Assembly: GCA_947625465.1 (NCBI GenBank)
Contig: CANQOK010000003.1
Coordinates: 68,316 to 132,315 of the forward strand
Length of the DNA stretch: 64,000 nucleotides
Direction of reading: 5' to 3'
From: an uncultured Lachnospiraceae bacterium
GTDB taxonomy: Bacteria > Bacillota > Clostridia > Lachnospirales > Lachnospiraceae
In this document: positions 8,562 through 16,453 of the stretch, piece after piece
Layout: each line of letters starts with the position of its first letter
Numbering within the stretch: position 1 is the first letter of the stretch
The notes under the pieces: generated by a model
What the model saw: only the letters and a program-made list of their open reading frames with translations
Database searches by the model: none
Told to the model about the DNA's origin: nothing
Made by a program: the position numbers and the translations under genes

Positions 8562-9797
8562 TTATTCAGCTTCCTCGGCAGACGGTTCCTCTGATGTCTC
8601 TGCAGCTGTTTCCGGTTCTGCTTCAACCGACGCTTCTGCTGAGACTTTCTCTTCAGCCGGCGCCTCCGCTTCCAAAACTTCTTCAACAGGAGTTTCTTCA
8701 GCAGGAACTTCCTCAGCGGGAACTTCCTCAACAGTAGTTTCCTTCGGCGTGTTCGGCAGCAGTGCCTTCATGCTCAGGCTGATCTTATTCTCTTCCGCGT
8801 TAAAATCCACAACCTTCGCTTCGATGATCTGTCCCACCTTCAATACATCCGATGGCTTATCTACATGCTCTCTGGAGATCTGGGAAACATGCAGCAGCGC
8901 ATCCACACCTGTCTCCAGTTCGATGAACGCACCGAAATCCGTCATCCGCGCTACTCTTCCGGTCACGATATTGCCGATCCCATACTTCTCCTCTGCATTC
9001 AGCCAGGGGTTCTCATCCGGGAATTTTAAGCTCAGGGCAATCTTGCCTTCCTTCATATCTTTTACAAATACACGCAAAGTCTGACCGACTGAAAATGCCT
9101 TCTTCGGATTCCCGATCCTGCCCCATGACATCTCGGAAATGTGAAGCAGTCCGTCTACACCGCCGATATCTACAAACGCACCAAAATCTGTAATATTCTT
9201 TACAACGCCCTCGATGGTCATGCCGATCTCCAGTTTCGCAAGCGTCTCCTGCTGTTTCGCCTGTTTCTCGGCAACCAGCAGCTGCTTTCTGTCACCGATA
9301 ATGCGGCGCTTGCGGGGATTAAACTCCGTAATCACAAATTCTATCTCCTGACCTGCATATTTATTCAGATCTTTCTCATAAATATCGGATACCAGGCTTG
9401 CCGGAATGAAGACCTTCGCCTCATCCAGCGTAACAGTCAGACCGCCGGACATAACCTGCGTTACCGGTGCCTTTAATACTTCCTTATTCTCAAACGCCTC
9501 TTCCAGACGCTTATTGCCTCTCTCGGCAGCCAGACGCTTATAAGTCAGAAGCACCTGTCCTTCGCCGTCATTTACCTTAAGAACCTTAACTTCCATTGTA
9601 TCACCTACGTTTACAACGGTCGTCAGATCAGTCGGCGTATTGGAATATTCGCTTCTGGTTAAGATCCCGTCGGACTTGTAGCCTATATTCAGGACCATTT
9701 CGTCTTCTTTTACAGAAATGACCGTGCCTTCTACAACCTCTCCTGTTCTTATCGTTTTCAATGACTGTTCCAATAATTCGTCAAAATTCTCTGACAT
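8562..9797 (-). CDS. rpsA: 30S ribosomal protein S1 (four S1 domains plus acidic tail)
   Basis: 411-aa ORF with repeated S1/OB signatures (G.VV.G.V..V.....V.IG.K..G.., DFGAFVDIGGVDGLLHISE, DFGAFIELETGVDALLHVSQIS). GAGGAGG lies 8 nt upstream of the ATG at 9797. Confidence 0.9.
   Translation of the reverse strand: MSENFDELLEQSLKTIRTGEVVEGTVISVKEDEMVLNIGYKSDGILTRSEYSNTPTDLTTVVNVGDTMEVKVLKVNDGEGQVLLTYKRLAAERGNKRLEEAFENKEVLKAPVTQVMSGGLTVTLDEAKVFIPASLVSDIYEKDLNKYAGQEIEFVITEFNPRKRRIIGDRKQLLVAEKQAKQQETLAKLEIGMTIEGVVKNITDFGAFVDIGGVDGLLHISEMSWGRIGNPKKAFSVGQTLRVFVKDMKEGKIALSLKFPDENPWLNAEEKYGIGNIVTGRVARMTDFGAFIELETGVDALLHVSQISREHVDKPSDVLKVGQIIEAKVVDFNAEENKISLSMKALLPNTPKETTVEEVPAEEVPAEETPVEEVLEAEAPAEEKVSAEASVEAEPETAAETSEEPSAEEAE
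8565..8744 (-). repeat. low-complexity acidic Glu/Pro/Ala/Val tail of S1 with short tandem units (EEVPA EEVPA EETPV EEV..)
   Basis: The last 60 codons of rpsA read KETTVEEVPAEEVPAEETPVEEVLEAEAPAEEKVSAEASVEAEPETAAETSEEPSAEEAE. The DNA shows near-tandem 15-nt units around 8690..8740. Confidence 0.7.
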
Positions 9798-10638
9798 GGG
9801 TGTAAACCTCCTCGATTATATTATTTGGGGTGGAAGCCCCTGCTGTAATACCTATACTGCCTATGGATTGTAGCTGGTTCATATCCAAATCTACAAGTGT
9901 CTGTATATAATAAGTATTTTTACATTCTGACCGACATATCTCATACAGTTTCTGCGTATTCGAGCTATGTTTCCCGCCAATGACCAGCATGGCGTCTACC
10001 TCACCGGCGATCTGCCTAGCTTCCGCCTGTCTCTCATTGGTCGCGTTGCATATAGTATTCACAACATTGATATTGTAACCCTTTTTTGAAATAATTTCAA
10101 CTAATTCCTGAAATTTCTTGTAATTAAATGTCGTCTGCGAAACAATGCTGAGCGGTTTCTCAACTGATACATTTATATTTTCAGCTTCTTCAATATTTGA
10201 GACCACGATTGCCGGCGTTACACACCAGCCGCAGATCCCTTCCACCTCCGGATGAGACGCATTTCCAATAATGACCACCTGTTTTCCCGCTTCTGACTCC
10301 CGGCGGACGATCCGATGGATCTTCTTTACAAACGGACAAGTTGCATCCACGATCCGGCAGTTTAAGGCTTCCAGCCGTTCATAAACATCCTTTCCCACGC
10401 CATGGGAACGGATGATCACCGTGCCGTTTTGAATGGAATCCTCTAAAAGGGTATTTTCCTCAATGACTCGAACTCCCTTTTTTTCCAGATCCTTTACCAC
10501 TGTTTCATTGTGAATGATCGGGCCGTAGGTGTAAACGGCCCCTTCGGCCTGTTCCGCTTCTTCATATACGGTTTCCACCGCCCGTTTCACGCCAAAGCAG
10601 AACCCTGCGCTTTTCGCTACCTTAACCTGCATATACAA
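9781..10638 (-). CDS. ispH: 4-hydroxy-3-methylbut-2-enyl diphosphate reductase
   Basis: 285-aa ORF. ..AGFCFGVKRAV.., ..DATCPFVKKIH.. and ..NTICNATNERQ.. supply the three cluster cysteines of IspH. It overlaps the rpsA start by 17 nt in another frame. Confidence 0.92.
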   Translation of the reverse strand: MYMQVKVAKSAGFCFGVKRAVETVYEEAEQAEGAVYTYGPIIHNETVVKDLEKKGVRVIEENTLLEDSIQNGTVIIRSHGVGKDVYERLEALNCRIVDATCPFVKKIHRIVRRESEAGKQVVIIGNASHPEVEGICGWCVTPAIVVSNIEEAENINVSVEKPLSIVSQTTFNYKKFQELVEIISKKGYNINVVNTICNATNERQAEARQIAGEVDAMLVIGGKHSSNTQKLYEICRSECKNTYYIQTLVDLDMNQLQSIGSIGITAGASTPNNIIEEVYTHVREF

Positions 10639-11287
10639 TCTCCAATATCCGATCTGTTACCATTTCTATTGTCATATCCGACGCGTCCACCATTACGGCG
10701 TCTTCTGCCTGTACCAGCGGAGAGATCTCTCTGTGCATATCCCGATAATCCCGGTCTATGATATCCCGTTCCACCACGTCAATATCCGCCTCTTCTCCCC
10801 GTTCCAGCAGTTCTTTGCACCTGCGTTCGGCACGGACTCTCGCACTGGCCGTCAGATAAATCTTCACATCCGCATTCGGCAATACACAGGAACCGATATC
10901 CCTGCCGTCCATCACGATATTTTCCTGTTTGGCAAGCTGCCGCTGCAGCTTTACCAGTTTTTCCCGGACTTTCGAATATACAGCGATCACAGAAGTGGCA
11001 TTTCCCACTTCCTGCGTCCGGATCCAGCGATTCACATTCTCACCGTTTAACAGAATGATCTGTTCTCCGTTTTCATGCCGCAGCGTAACGTCCAATCCGC
11101 TGCAGAGTTCCGATACCTTTTCCTCATCATTCAAATCCAGGCCGGCACGCAGACATGCCAGCGCCATGCTCCGGTACATCGCACCGGTATCCACATAAAT
11201 ATAATTCAACTGCTTTGCTACCCGTTTTGCAATCGTGCTTTTTCCCGCACCTGCCGGGCCGTCAATCGCGATACTGATCTTCTTCAT
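10622..11287 (-). CDS. cmk: cytidylate kinase
   Basis: 221-aa ORF. IAIDGPAGAGKSTIAK..YVDTGAMYR is typical of Cmk. Confidence 0.93.
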   Translation of the reverse strand: MKKISIAIDGPAGAGKSTIAKRVAKQLNYIYVDTGAMYRSMALACLRAGLDLNDEEKVSELCSGLDVTLRHENGEQIILLNGENVNRWIRTQEVGNATSVIAVYSKVREKLVKLQRQLAKQENIVMDGRDIGSCVLPNADVKIYLTASARVRAERRCKELLERGEEADIDVVERDIIDRDYRDMHREISPLVQAEDAVMVDASDMTIEMVTDRILEIVYAG

Positions 11288-11309
11288 TTTCTTCCCTGCT
11301 TTTGTTTTA

Positions 11310-12539
11310 TTATTCTATACTGATTCCCGCTAAATATCCGGTAGACCACGCAATTTGCAGATTATATCCGCCCGTCAGCGCGTCTATATCCAATACTTCC
11401 CCGGCAAAATACAGGCCGGGCACCAGTCTGGATTCCATAGTAGCCGGATTCACTTCTTTTACGGAAATTCCTCCCTGCGTAATAATCGATTCCTGAAATC
11501 CGCGGGTTCCTGTTACAGTCAGGCGAAATGCCTTTAACCCCCGGATCAGCGTTCTCCGTTCCTCTCTGGTAATACTGTTTACCTTCTTTTCTCCCGTTAT
11601 GCCGCAATACTCCAAAAAAACCGGCACCATTTTCCTTGGCAGCAGAGATCCCCACACATGCAGGATCATTTTGTTCGGCGCCTGTTCAAATTCCCGCAGG
11701 ATCCTTTGTTCCAGCTGTTCTTCCGTAAGAGCCGGCTTCAGATCGATTGAAAGCAGAACTTCTCCCTTTTCCAGCCATTTTGCGCTGTAACTGCTTCCGC
11801 TTAGAATCAGAGGGCCGCTGACTCCGAAATGCGTGAACAGCATTTCACCGAATCCTTCATAGAGTTTCCGGTTTCCCTGCGTCATCGTTACGGAGACATT
11901 CTTTAAAGACAGTCCCATCAATTCAGCGGCATAGTTTTCTTTCACAGTCAGCGGAACCAAAGCCTGTCTGGTCTTTACAACCGTATGCCCCATTGCCTCT
12001 GCGAACCGATAGCCGTCTCCGGTAGAACCGGTACTTTCGTAAGACCTTCCGCCTGTCGTCAGAATCAGACGATCTACAGATATTTTTGAGCCGTTTGCCA
12101 TGAACAGCGTAAACGAGCCGTCTTTTTGGGGAACCGGTTTTTTGATTTCCGTATTCAGGAATATCCGCACACCGGCACGCTGCAGCGCCCGCTCCAGTCC
12201 CCGGATCACATCAGAGGATTTATCCGATGCCGGAAACACACGGTTGCCGCGTTCTGTTTTCAGACGGACTCCGTTTTTCTCCAAAAACTCCATAACGGCT
12301 GTATTGGAAAACAGGTAAAAAGCGCTGTACAGAAATTTCGGATTTGTCACTACATTCTGAAAAACGGTATCCGGATCGGACGCATTCGTTACATTACATC
12401 TGCCCTTCCCGGTAATAAACAGCTTTTTCCCCAGTTTTTCATTTTTTTCAAACAAATATACTTCATGCCCGTTTTCCGCCGCCGCGATCGCTGCCATCAT
12501 ACCGGCGGCACCGCCGCCGATAATACCTACCCTTGACAT
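11310..12539 (-). CDS. NAD(P)/FAD-dependent oxidoreductase, HI0933/YhiN family
   Basis: 409-aa ORF. Dinucleotide-binding VGIIGGGAAGMMAA, KKLFITGKGRCNVTN and the C-terminal ..GEVLDIDALTGGYNLQIAWSTG.. are typical of this flavoprotein family. Confidence 0.8.
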   Translation of the reverse strand: MSRVGIIGGGAAGMMAAIAAAENGHEVYLFEKNEKLGKKLFITGKGRCNVTNASDPDTVFQNVVTNPKFLYSAFYLFSNTAVMEFLEKNGVRLKTERGNRVFPASDKSSDVIRGLERALQRAGVRIFLNTEIKKPVPQKDGSFTLFMANGSKISVDRLILTTGGRSYESTGSTGDGYRFAEAMGHTVVKTRQALVPLTVKENYAAELMGLSLKNVSVTMTQGNRKLYEGFGEMLFTHFGVSGPLILSGSSYSAKWLEKGEVLLSIDLKPALTEEQLEQRILREFEQAPNKMILHVWGSLLPRKMVPVFLEYCGITGEKKVNSITREERRTLIRGLKAFRLTVTGTRGFQESIITQGGISVKEVNPATMESRLVPGLYFAGEVLDIDALTGGYNLQIAWSTGYLAGISIE

Positions 12540-12634
12540 ACCTTATCCTGTTATCTGCAATTTCTTATTAACGGAATAAATGGGGCCAGCACAAGAAACC
12601 GTGTCCTGTGCCCGCTCCATCTCATTTCTGAATA

Positions 12635-14047
12635 CTATACCGGATATGCGCCGTTTTCCTTATCCGCAACAGCCGGATCTACCTTCGTCTTCTGCGCTTC
12701 CCTGTATTCAAAGAATTCCTGTGCAACCTTCGGGAACAATGCATAAGTCAATACGTCTTCATCCTGCTCTTTCCACTGAGCCATTTCCGATTCCAGTTTC
12801 TCCAGCTCGTTGGGAATCAGATCCGCCGGGCGGCAGGTAATAACTTCCGCATCACCGATTACTTTTTTCTGCACTTCCGGATCAAACGGTTTTACCGTCT
12901 GTCCGTACTCACCGCGCAGAACTGCCTTTGTCTCTTTCGTCGCCATCTTATAACGCTCACCCATAACCACATTCAGCACGGCCTGCGTGCCCACGATCTG
13001 AGAAGAAGGCGTAACCAGAGGCGGTTCACCCAGATCCTTCCGCACATTCGGGATCTCCCGCAATACATCATAATACTTATCGGACGCATTCTGTTCCTTC
13101 AGCTGCGATACCATGTTCGACAGCATGCCGCCCGGTACCTGATATAACAATGTTTTGATATCCACGCCCATTACCTTCGGATTCAGCAGGCCGCTTTCCA
13201 GCGCTTCATCCCGCATCGGTCTGAAATAGTCCGCGATCTCTGCCAGCAGATTCTGATCCAGTCCGGTATCATACGGTGTTCCTTTAAAGGTCTCGACCAT
13301 GACTTCCGTTGCCGGCTGAGAAGTTCCCATCGCAAACGGAGAAATTGCGGTATCGATAATATCGCAGCCCGCTTCCACTGCTTTTAAGTAAGTCATGGAA
13401 GCCACGCCCGATGTATAATGTGTATGCAGATCGATCGGAAGAGAGGTCGCGCTCTTTAAGGATTCAACCAGCTTGGTTGCCTGATACGGTACCAGCAGGC
13501 CCGCCATATCCTTGATACAGATAGAATCAGCGCCCATATCCTCTACTTTCTTTGCGATATCCATCCAGTATTCCAGCGTATAAGCGTCGCCCAGCGTATA
13601 GGAAAACGCCACCTGTGCATGTCCGCCTTCTTTCTTGGCAGCCTTTACGGCACATTCCAGATTCCGGATATCATTTAAGCAGTCAAAAATACGGATATTG
13701 TCAATTCCATTGGCAATCGACTTCTGTACAAAATACTCTACCACATCATCCGCATAATGTCTGTAGCCCAGAATATTCTGTCCGCGGAACAGCATCTGCA
13801 GCTTAGTATGCTTAAAGCCGTCTCTTAATTTCCGCAGTCTTTCCCAGGGATCTTCCTTTAAGAATCTGAGCGAAGCGTCAAATGTGGCGCCGCCCCAGCA
13901 TTCTACCGCGTGGTAGCCGACTTTATCCATCTTTTCAATGATCGGAAGCATCTGTTCTGTGGTCATACGGGTCGCAATCAGAGACTGATGCGCGTCACGC
14001 AGAACGGTTTCCATAATTTTAACCGGTTTTTTTGCGATTTCAGCCAT
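12635..14047 (-). CDS. oxo-acid carboxyltransferase subunit (OadA / PycB / transcarboxylase-5S type) without biotinyl domain
   Basis: 470-aa ORF. VKIMETVLRDAHQSLIATRMTTEQMLPI..ECWGGATFD.. is the TIM-barrel carboxyltransferase of oxaloacetate decarboxylase alpha/5S. The protein ends at about 470 aa with no AMKM biotinyl module. Confidence 0.88.
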   Translation of the reverse strand: MAEIAKKPVKIMETVLRDAHQSLIATRMTTEQMLPIIEKMDKVGYHAVECWGGATFDASLRFLKEDPWERLRKLRDGFKHTKLQMLFRGQNILGYRHYADDVVEYFVQKSIANGIDNIRIFDCLNDIRNLECAVKAAKKEGGHAQVAFSYTLGDAYTLEYWMDIAKKVEDMGADSICIKDMAGLLVPYQATKLVESLKSATSLPIDLHTHYTSGVASMTYLKAVEAGCDIIDTAISPFAMGTSQPATEVMVETFKGTPYDTGLDQNLLAEIADYFRPMRDEALESGLLNPKVMGVDIKTLLYQVPGGMLSNMVSQLKEQNASDKYYDVLREIPNVRKDLGEPPLVTPSSQIVGTQAVLNVVMGERYKMATKETKAVLRGEYGQTVKPFDPEVQKKVIGDAEVITCRPADLIPNELEKLESEMAQWKEQDEDVLTYALFPKVAQEFFEYREAQKTKVDPAVADKENGAYPV

Positions 14048-14077
14048 TTATCTGTCCTCCTATTTTATCAAATCTAT

Positions 14078-15229
14078 TTAGTTTACACCAAAAATTGCCA
14101 TAAAGGTACCGGCTGCTACTGCCGTACCGATCACGCCGGCCACATTCGGACCCATGGCATGCATCAGCAGGAAGTTGGAAGGATCCGCTTCCGCGCCGAC
14201 CTTCTGGGAAACCCGCGCCGCCATCGGCACCGCCGAGACGCCGGCCGAACCGATCAACGGATTGATCTTCCCGCCGGACAGATGACACATCAGCTTTCCA
14301 AACAGGACGCCTGCCGCGGTACCGATTGCAAACGCGATCAGTCCCAGAATGACGATCTTAATGGTATCCATAGTCAGGAATGCTTCCGCGCTTGTCGTTG
14401 CGCCGACAGAAGTTCCCAGTAAAATGACAACAATATACATCAATGCGTTGGAAGCTGTTTCTGCCAGCTGTCCGACTACGCCTGATTCACGGAACAGGTT
14501 TCCCAACATCAGCATGCCGACCAGCGGCGCTGTTGTCGGTAAGATCATGCAGACAACAATCGTTACGATGATCGGGAACAGGATCTTCTCGATCTTAGAT
14601 ACCGGACGAAGCACATCCATCTTGATCTTCCGCTCTTTTTCCGTGGTAAACAGTTTCATAATCGGCGGCTGGATAATCGGTACCAGCGCCATATACGAAT
14701 AAGCAGCCACCGCGATCGGACCGAGCAGATCCGTCTGCCCCAGTTTGCCTGCCAGGAAGATGGAAGTCGGGCCGTCCGCGCCTCCGATAATCGAAACGGC
14801 TGCAGCTGCTTTATCGTTAAAGCCTAACATGATCGCAAAGAAATATGCGGAATAAATACCGAACTGTGCCGCCGCGCCCAGAAGAAAGCTCTTCGGATTG
14901 GCGATCAGCGGTGAAAAATCCGTCAGCGCGCCAACACCCATAAAGATCAGAGACGGCAGAATGCTCCATTCATCCAGAATATAGAAATAGTGCAGCAGTC
15001 CTCCTACGCCATTGGTACTCTCCTCGGGATGTACCATGATATCCGGATAAATATTGACAAGCAGCATACCGAATGCGATCGGAACCAGTAACAATGGTTC
15101 ATATCCTTTTTTAATCGCCAGGAACAGGAAGAAACAAGCTACGATGATCATGATGTAGTTACCGTAGGTAAGACCTGCAAAAGCCGTCTGTCCCAACAGA
15201 TTTCCCAGCGTTTCTGTAATGTATCCCAT
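14078..15229 (-). CDS. sodium ion-translocating decarboxylase subunit beta
   Basis: 383-aa polytopic membrane ORF. ..AAYSYMALVPIIQPPIMKLFTTEKERKIKM.. and the overall pattern match OadB/MmdB/GcdB. Confidence 0.9.
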   Translation of the reverse strand: MGYITETLGNLLGQTAFAGLTYGNYIMIIVACFFLFLAIKKGYEPLLLVPIAFGMLLVNIYPDIMVHPEESTNGVGGLLHYFYILDEWSILPSLIFMGVGALTDFSPLIANPKSFLLGAAAQFGIYSAYFFAIMLGFNDKAAAAVSIIGGADGPTSIFLAGKLGQTDLLGPIAVAAYSYMALVPIIQPPIMKLFTTEKERKIKMDVLRPVSKIEKILFPIIVTIVVCMILPTTAPLVGMLMLGNLFRESGVVGQLAETASNALMYIVVILLGTSVGATTSAEAFLTMDTIKIVILGLIAFAIGTAAGVLFGKLMCHLSGGKINPLIGSAGVSAVPMAARVSQKVGAEADPSNFLLMHAMGPNVAGVIGTAVAAGTFMAIFGVN

Positions 15230-15275
15230 TATGTTCTCCTTTCCATTCTTAATCGGAATCCTGATCGGGAATTGA

Positions 15276-15644
15276 TCAGTTCATGGTAGCCAGTGTTACG
15301 CCTGCTTCCACAGATGCGCCTTCTCTGACTTCGATGCTGGCAATGGTGCCATCTTCAGGAGCAACAATCTCATTTTCCATCTTCATCGCTTCCAGGACGA
15401 TCACAGCGTCACCTTTTTTTACTGCCGTTCCGACAGATGCTTTTACCGATAAAATCTTACCGGGCATCGGCGCTACAATTGAGATCGCGCCTGCGGTACC
15501 GGCTGCTGCCGGTGCTGCCGCAGCTTTGGGCGCTGCCTTGGGAACTGCTTTCGGAGCCGCCGTAACAGCTCCGGCTGTACTGCCTTCTTCTACGGTTACA
15601 TCATATACGTTTCCATTTACAGTAATTGTATAATTCTTCATCAT
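15276..15644 (-). CDS. biotin carboxyl carrier protein (biotin/lipoyl attachment domain)
   Basis: 122-aa ORF with an Ala/Pro linker (AAPKAVPKAAPKAAAAPAAAG) and the biotinylation motif VLEAMKMENEI. Confidence 0.9.
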   Translation of the reverse strand: MMKNYTITVNGNVYDVTVEEGSTAGAVTAAPKAVPKAAPKAAAAPAAAGTAGAISIVAPMPGKILSVKASVGTAVKKGDAVIVLEAMKMENEIVAPEDGTIASIEVREGASVEAGVTLATMN

Positions 15645-15658
15645 TTTAATCTCCTTTA

Positions 15659-16441
15659 CTAACGTCTTTTTCTAATGGATCTTACAACAAATCCGTCTGT
15701 TGTGGTGCCTTCACTTGCCGCAATCGCTGCCGCGATCACCGCGATCAGCTCCGTATCGTCCGTTTCTTCCGCTGCTTCAGCCGGAACCGCAGGGGCAGCC
15801 GAAATCGGGATTTCCGGTTCAGCGGCATCCTTTGCGGCCTTCTCCTTTTTCTCAAACAGCTTCGGAACGAATTTCAATAAATAGATGATAAAGGAGATAA
15901 ATATCAATACGATAAATACCGTACCCATACCAATCAGCGTATTGATCGCTGCTTTTCCCATCATCTCTCCAAAACTGGCTTCTGTCAGATCTCTCTGCGC
16001 AAAGGAAATGCTTTTGATGCCGATCTCCTCGCCATAGACCTTACATACCACTGTAGAAACCAGTTTGGCATTCTCAAAAGTTGCCTCACAGACAACATCT
16101 AATTCCTCTTCTTCCTCGTGATATTCAAGCGTTGTGCTTCCGCTTTCCACGAATGCACCCAGGCTCTCAAACACGGCCATATATCCGCTGTATGCATCTG
16201 CGATATAACCGACGGAATTCTCATGCTTATACTGGAGTTCCTCCATACTTTCCGCACAGTAAAACGTACTTTCCAGAATAGACGGAATCTGCAGTTTATA
16301 AAACGACGCCGGTTGTCCGAAATACGTTTCTTCGTCCGCGGTCGCAGCACTTGGCAGCTCCGTTTCTGATGCATAAACAGTCGTGGTAAACAACATGGTC
16401 AGTGCCAATACGAGTAAAAGAATCTTCTTTACTTTCTTCAT
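15659..16441 (-). CDS. OadG-family decarboxylase anchor subunit with extra N-terminal signal peptide and ~150-aa extracytoplasmic domain
   Basis: 260-aa ORF. MKKVKKILLLVLALTMLFTTTVYA|SE looks like a Sec signal peptide. Residues ~160-190 (AINTLIGMGTVFIVLIFISFIIYLL) look like the OadG/MmdD transmembrane core. An Ala/Pro/Glu linker follows, then ..ELIAVIAAAIAASEG..VVRSIRKRR, which is typical of gamma/delta subunits. Confidence 0.7.
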   Translation of the reverse strand: MKKVKKILLLVLALTMLFTTTVYASETELPSAATADEETYFGQPASFYKLQIPSILESTFYCAESMEELQYKHENSVGYIADAYSGYMAVFESLGAFVESGSTTLEYHEEEEELDVVCEATFENAKLVSTVVCKVYGEEIGIKSISFAQRDLTEASFGEMMGKAAINTLIGMGTVFIVLIFISFIIYLLKFVPKLFEKKEKAAKDAAEPEIPISAAPAVPAEAAEETDDTELIAVIAAAIAASEGTTTDGFVVRSIRKRR

Positions 16442-16453
16442 ATGATCACCTCA

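Noticed and set aside
12575-12620. Possible terminator hairpin after the 5S-type carboxyltransferase gene
   Set aside because: Pairing requires several bulges and mismatches (GGGC-A-CAG-GA-CAC / GTG-CTG-GCCC) and the T-run is weak. This is too uncertain to list as a feature.
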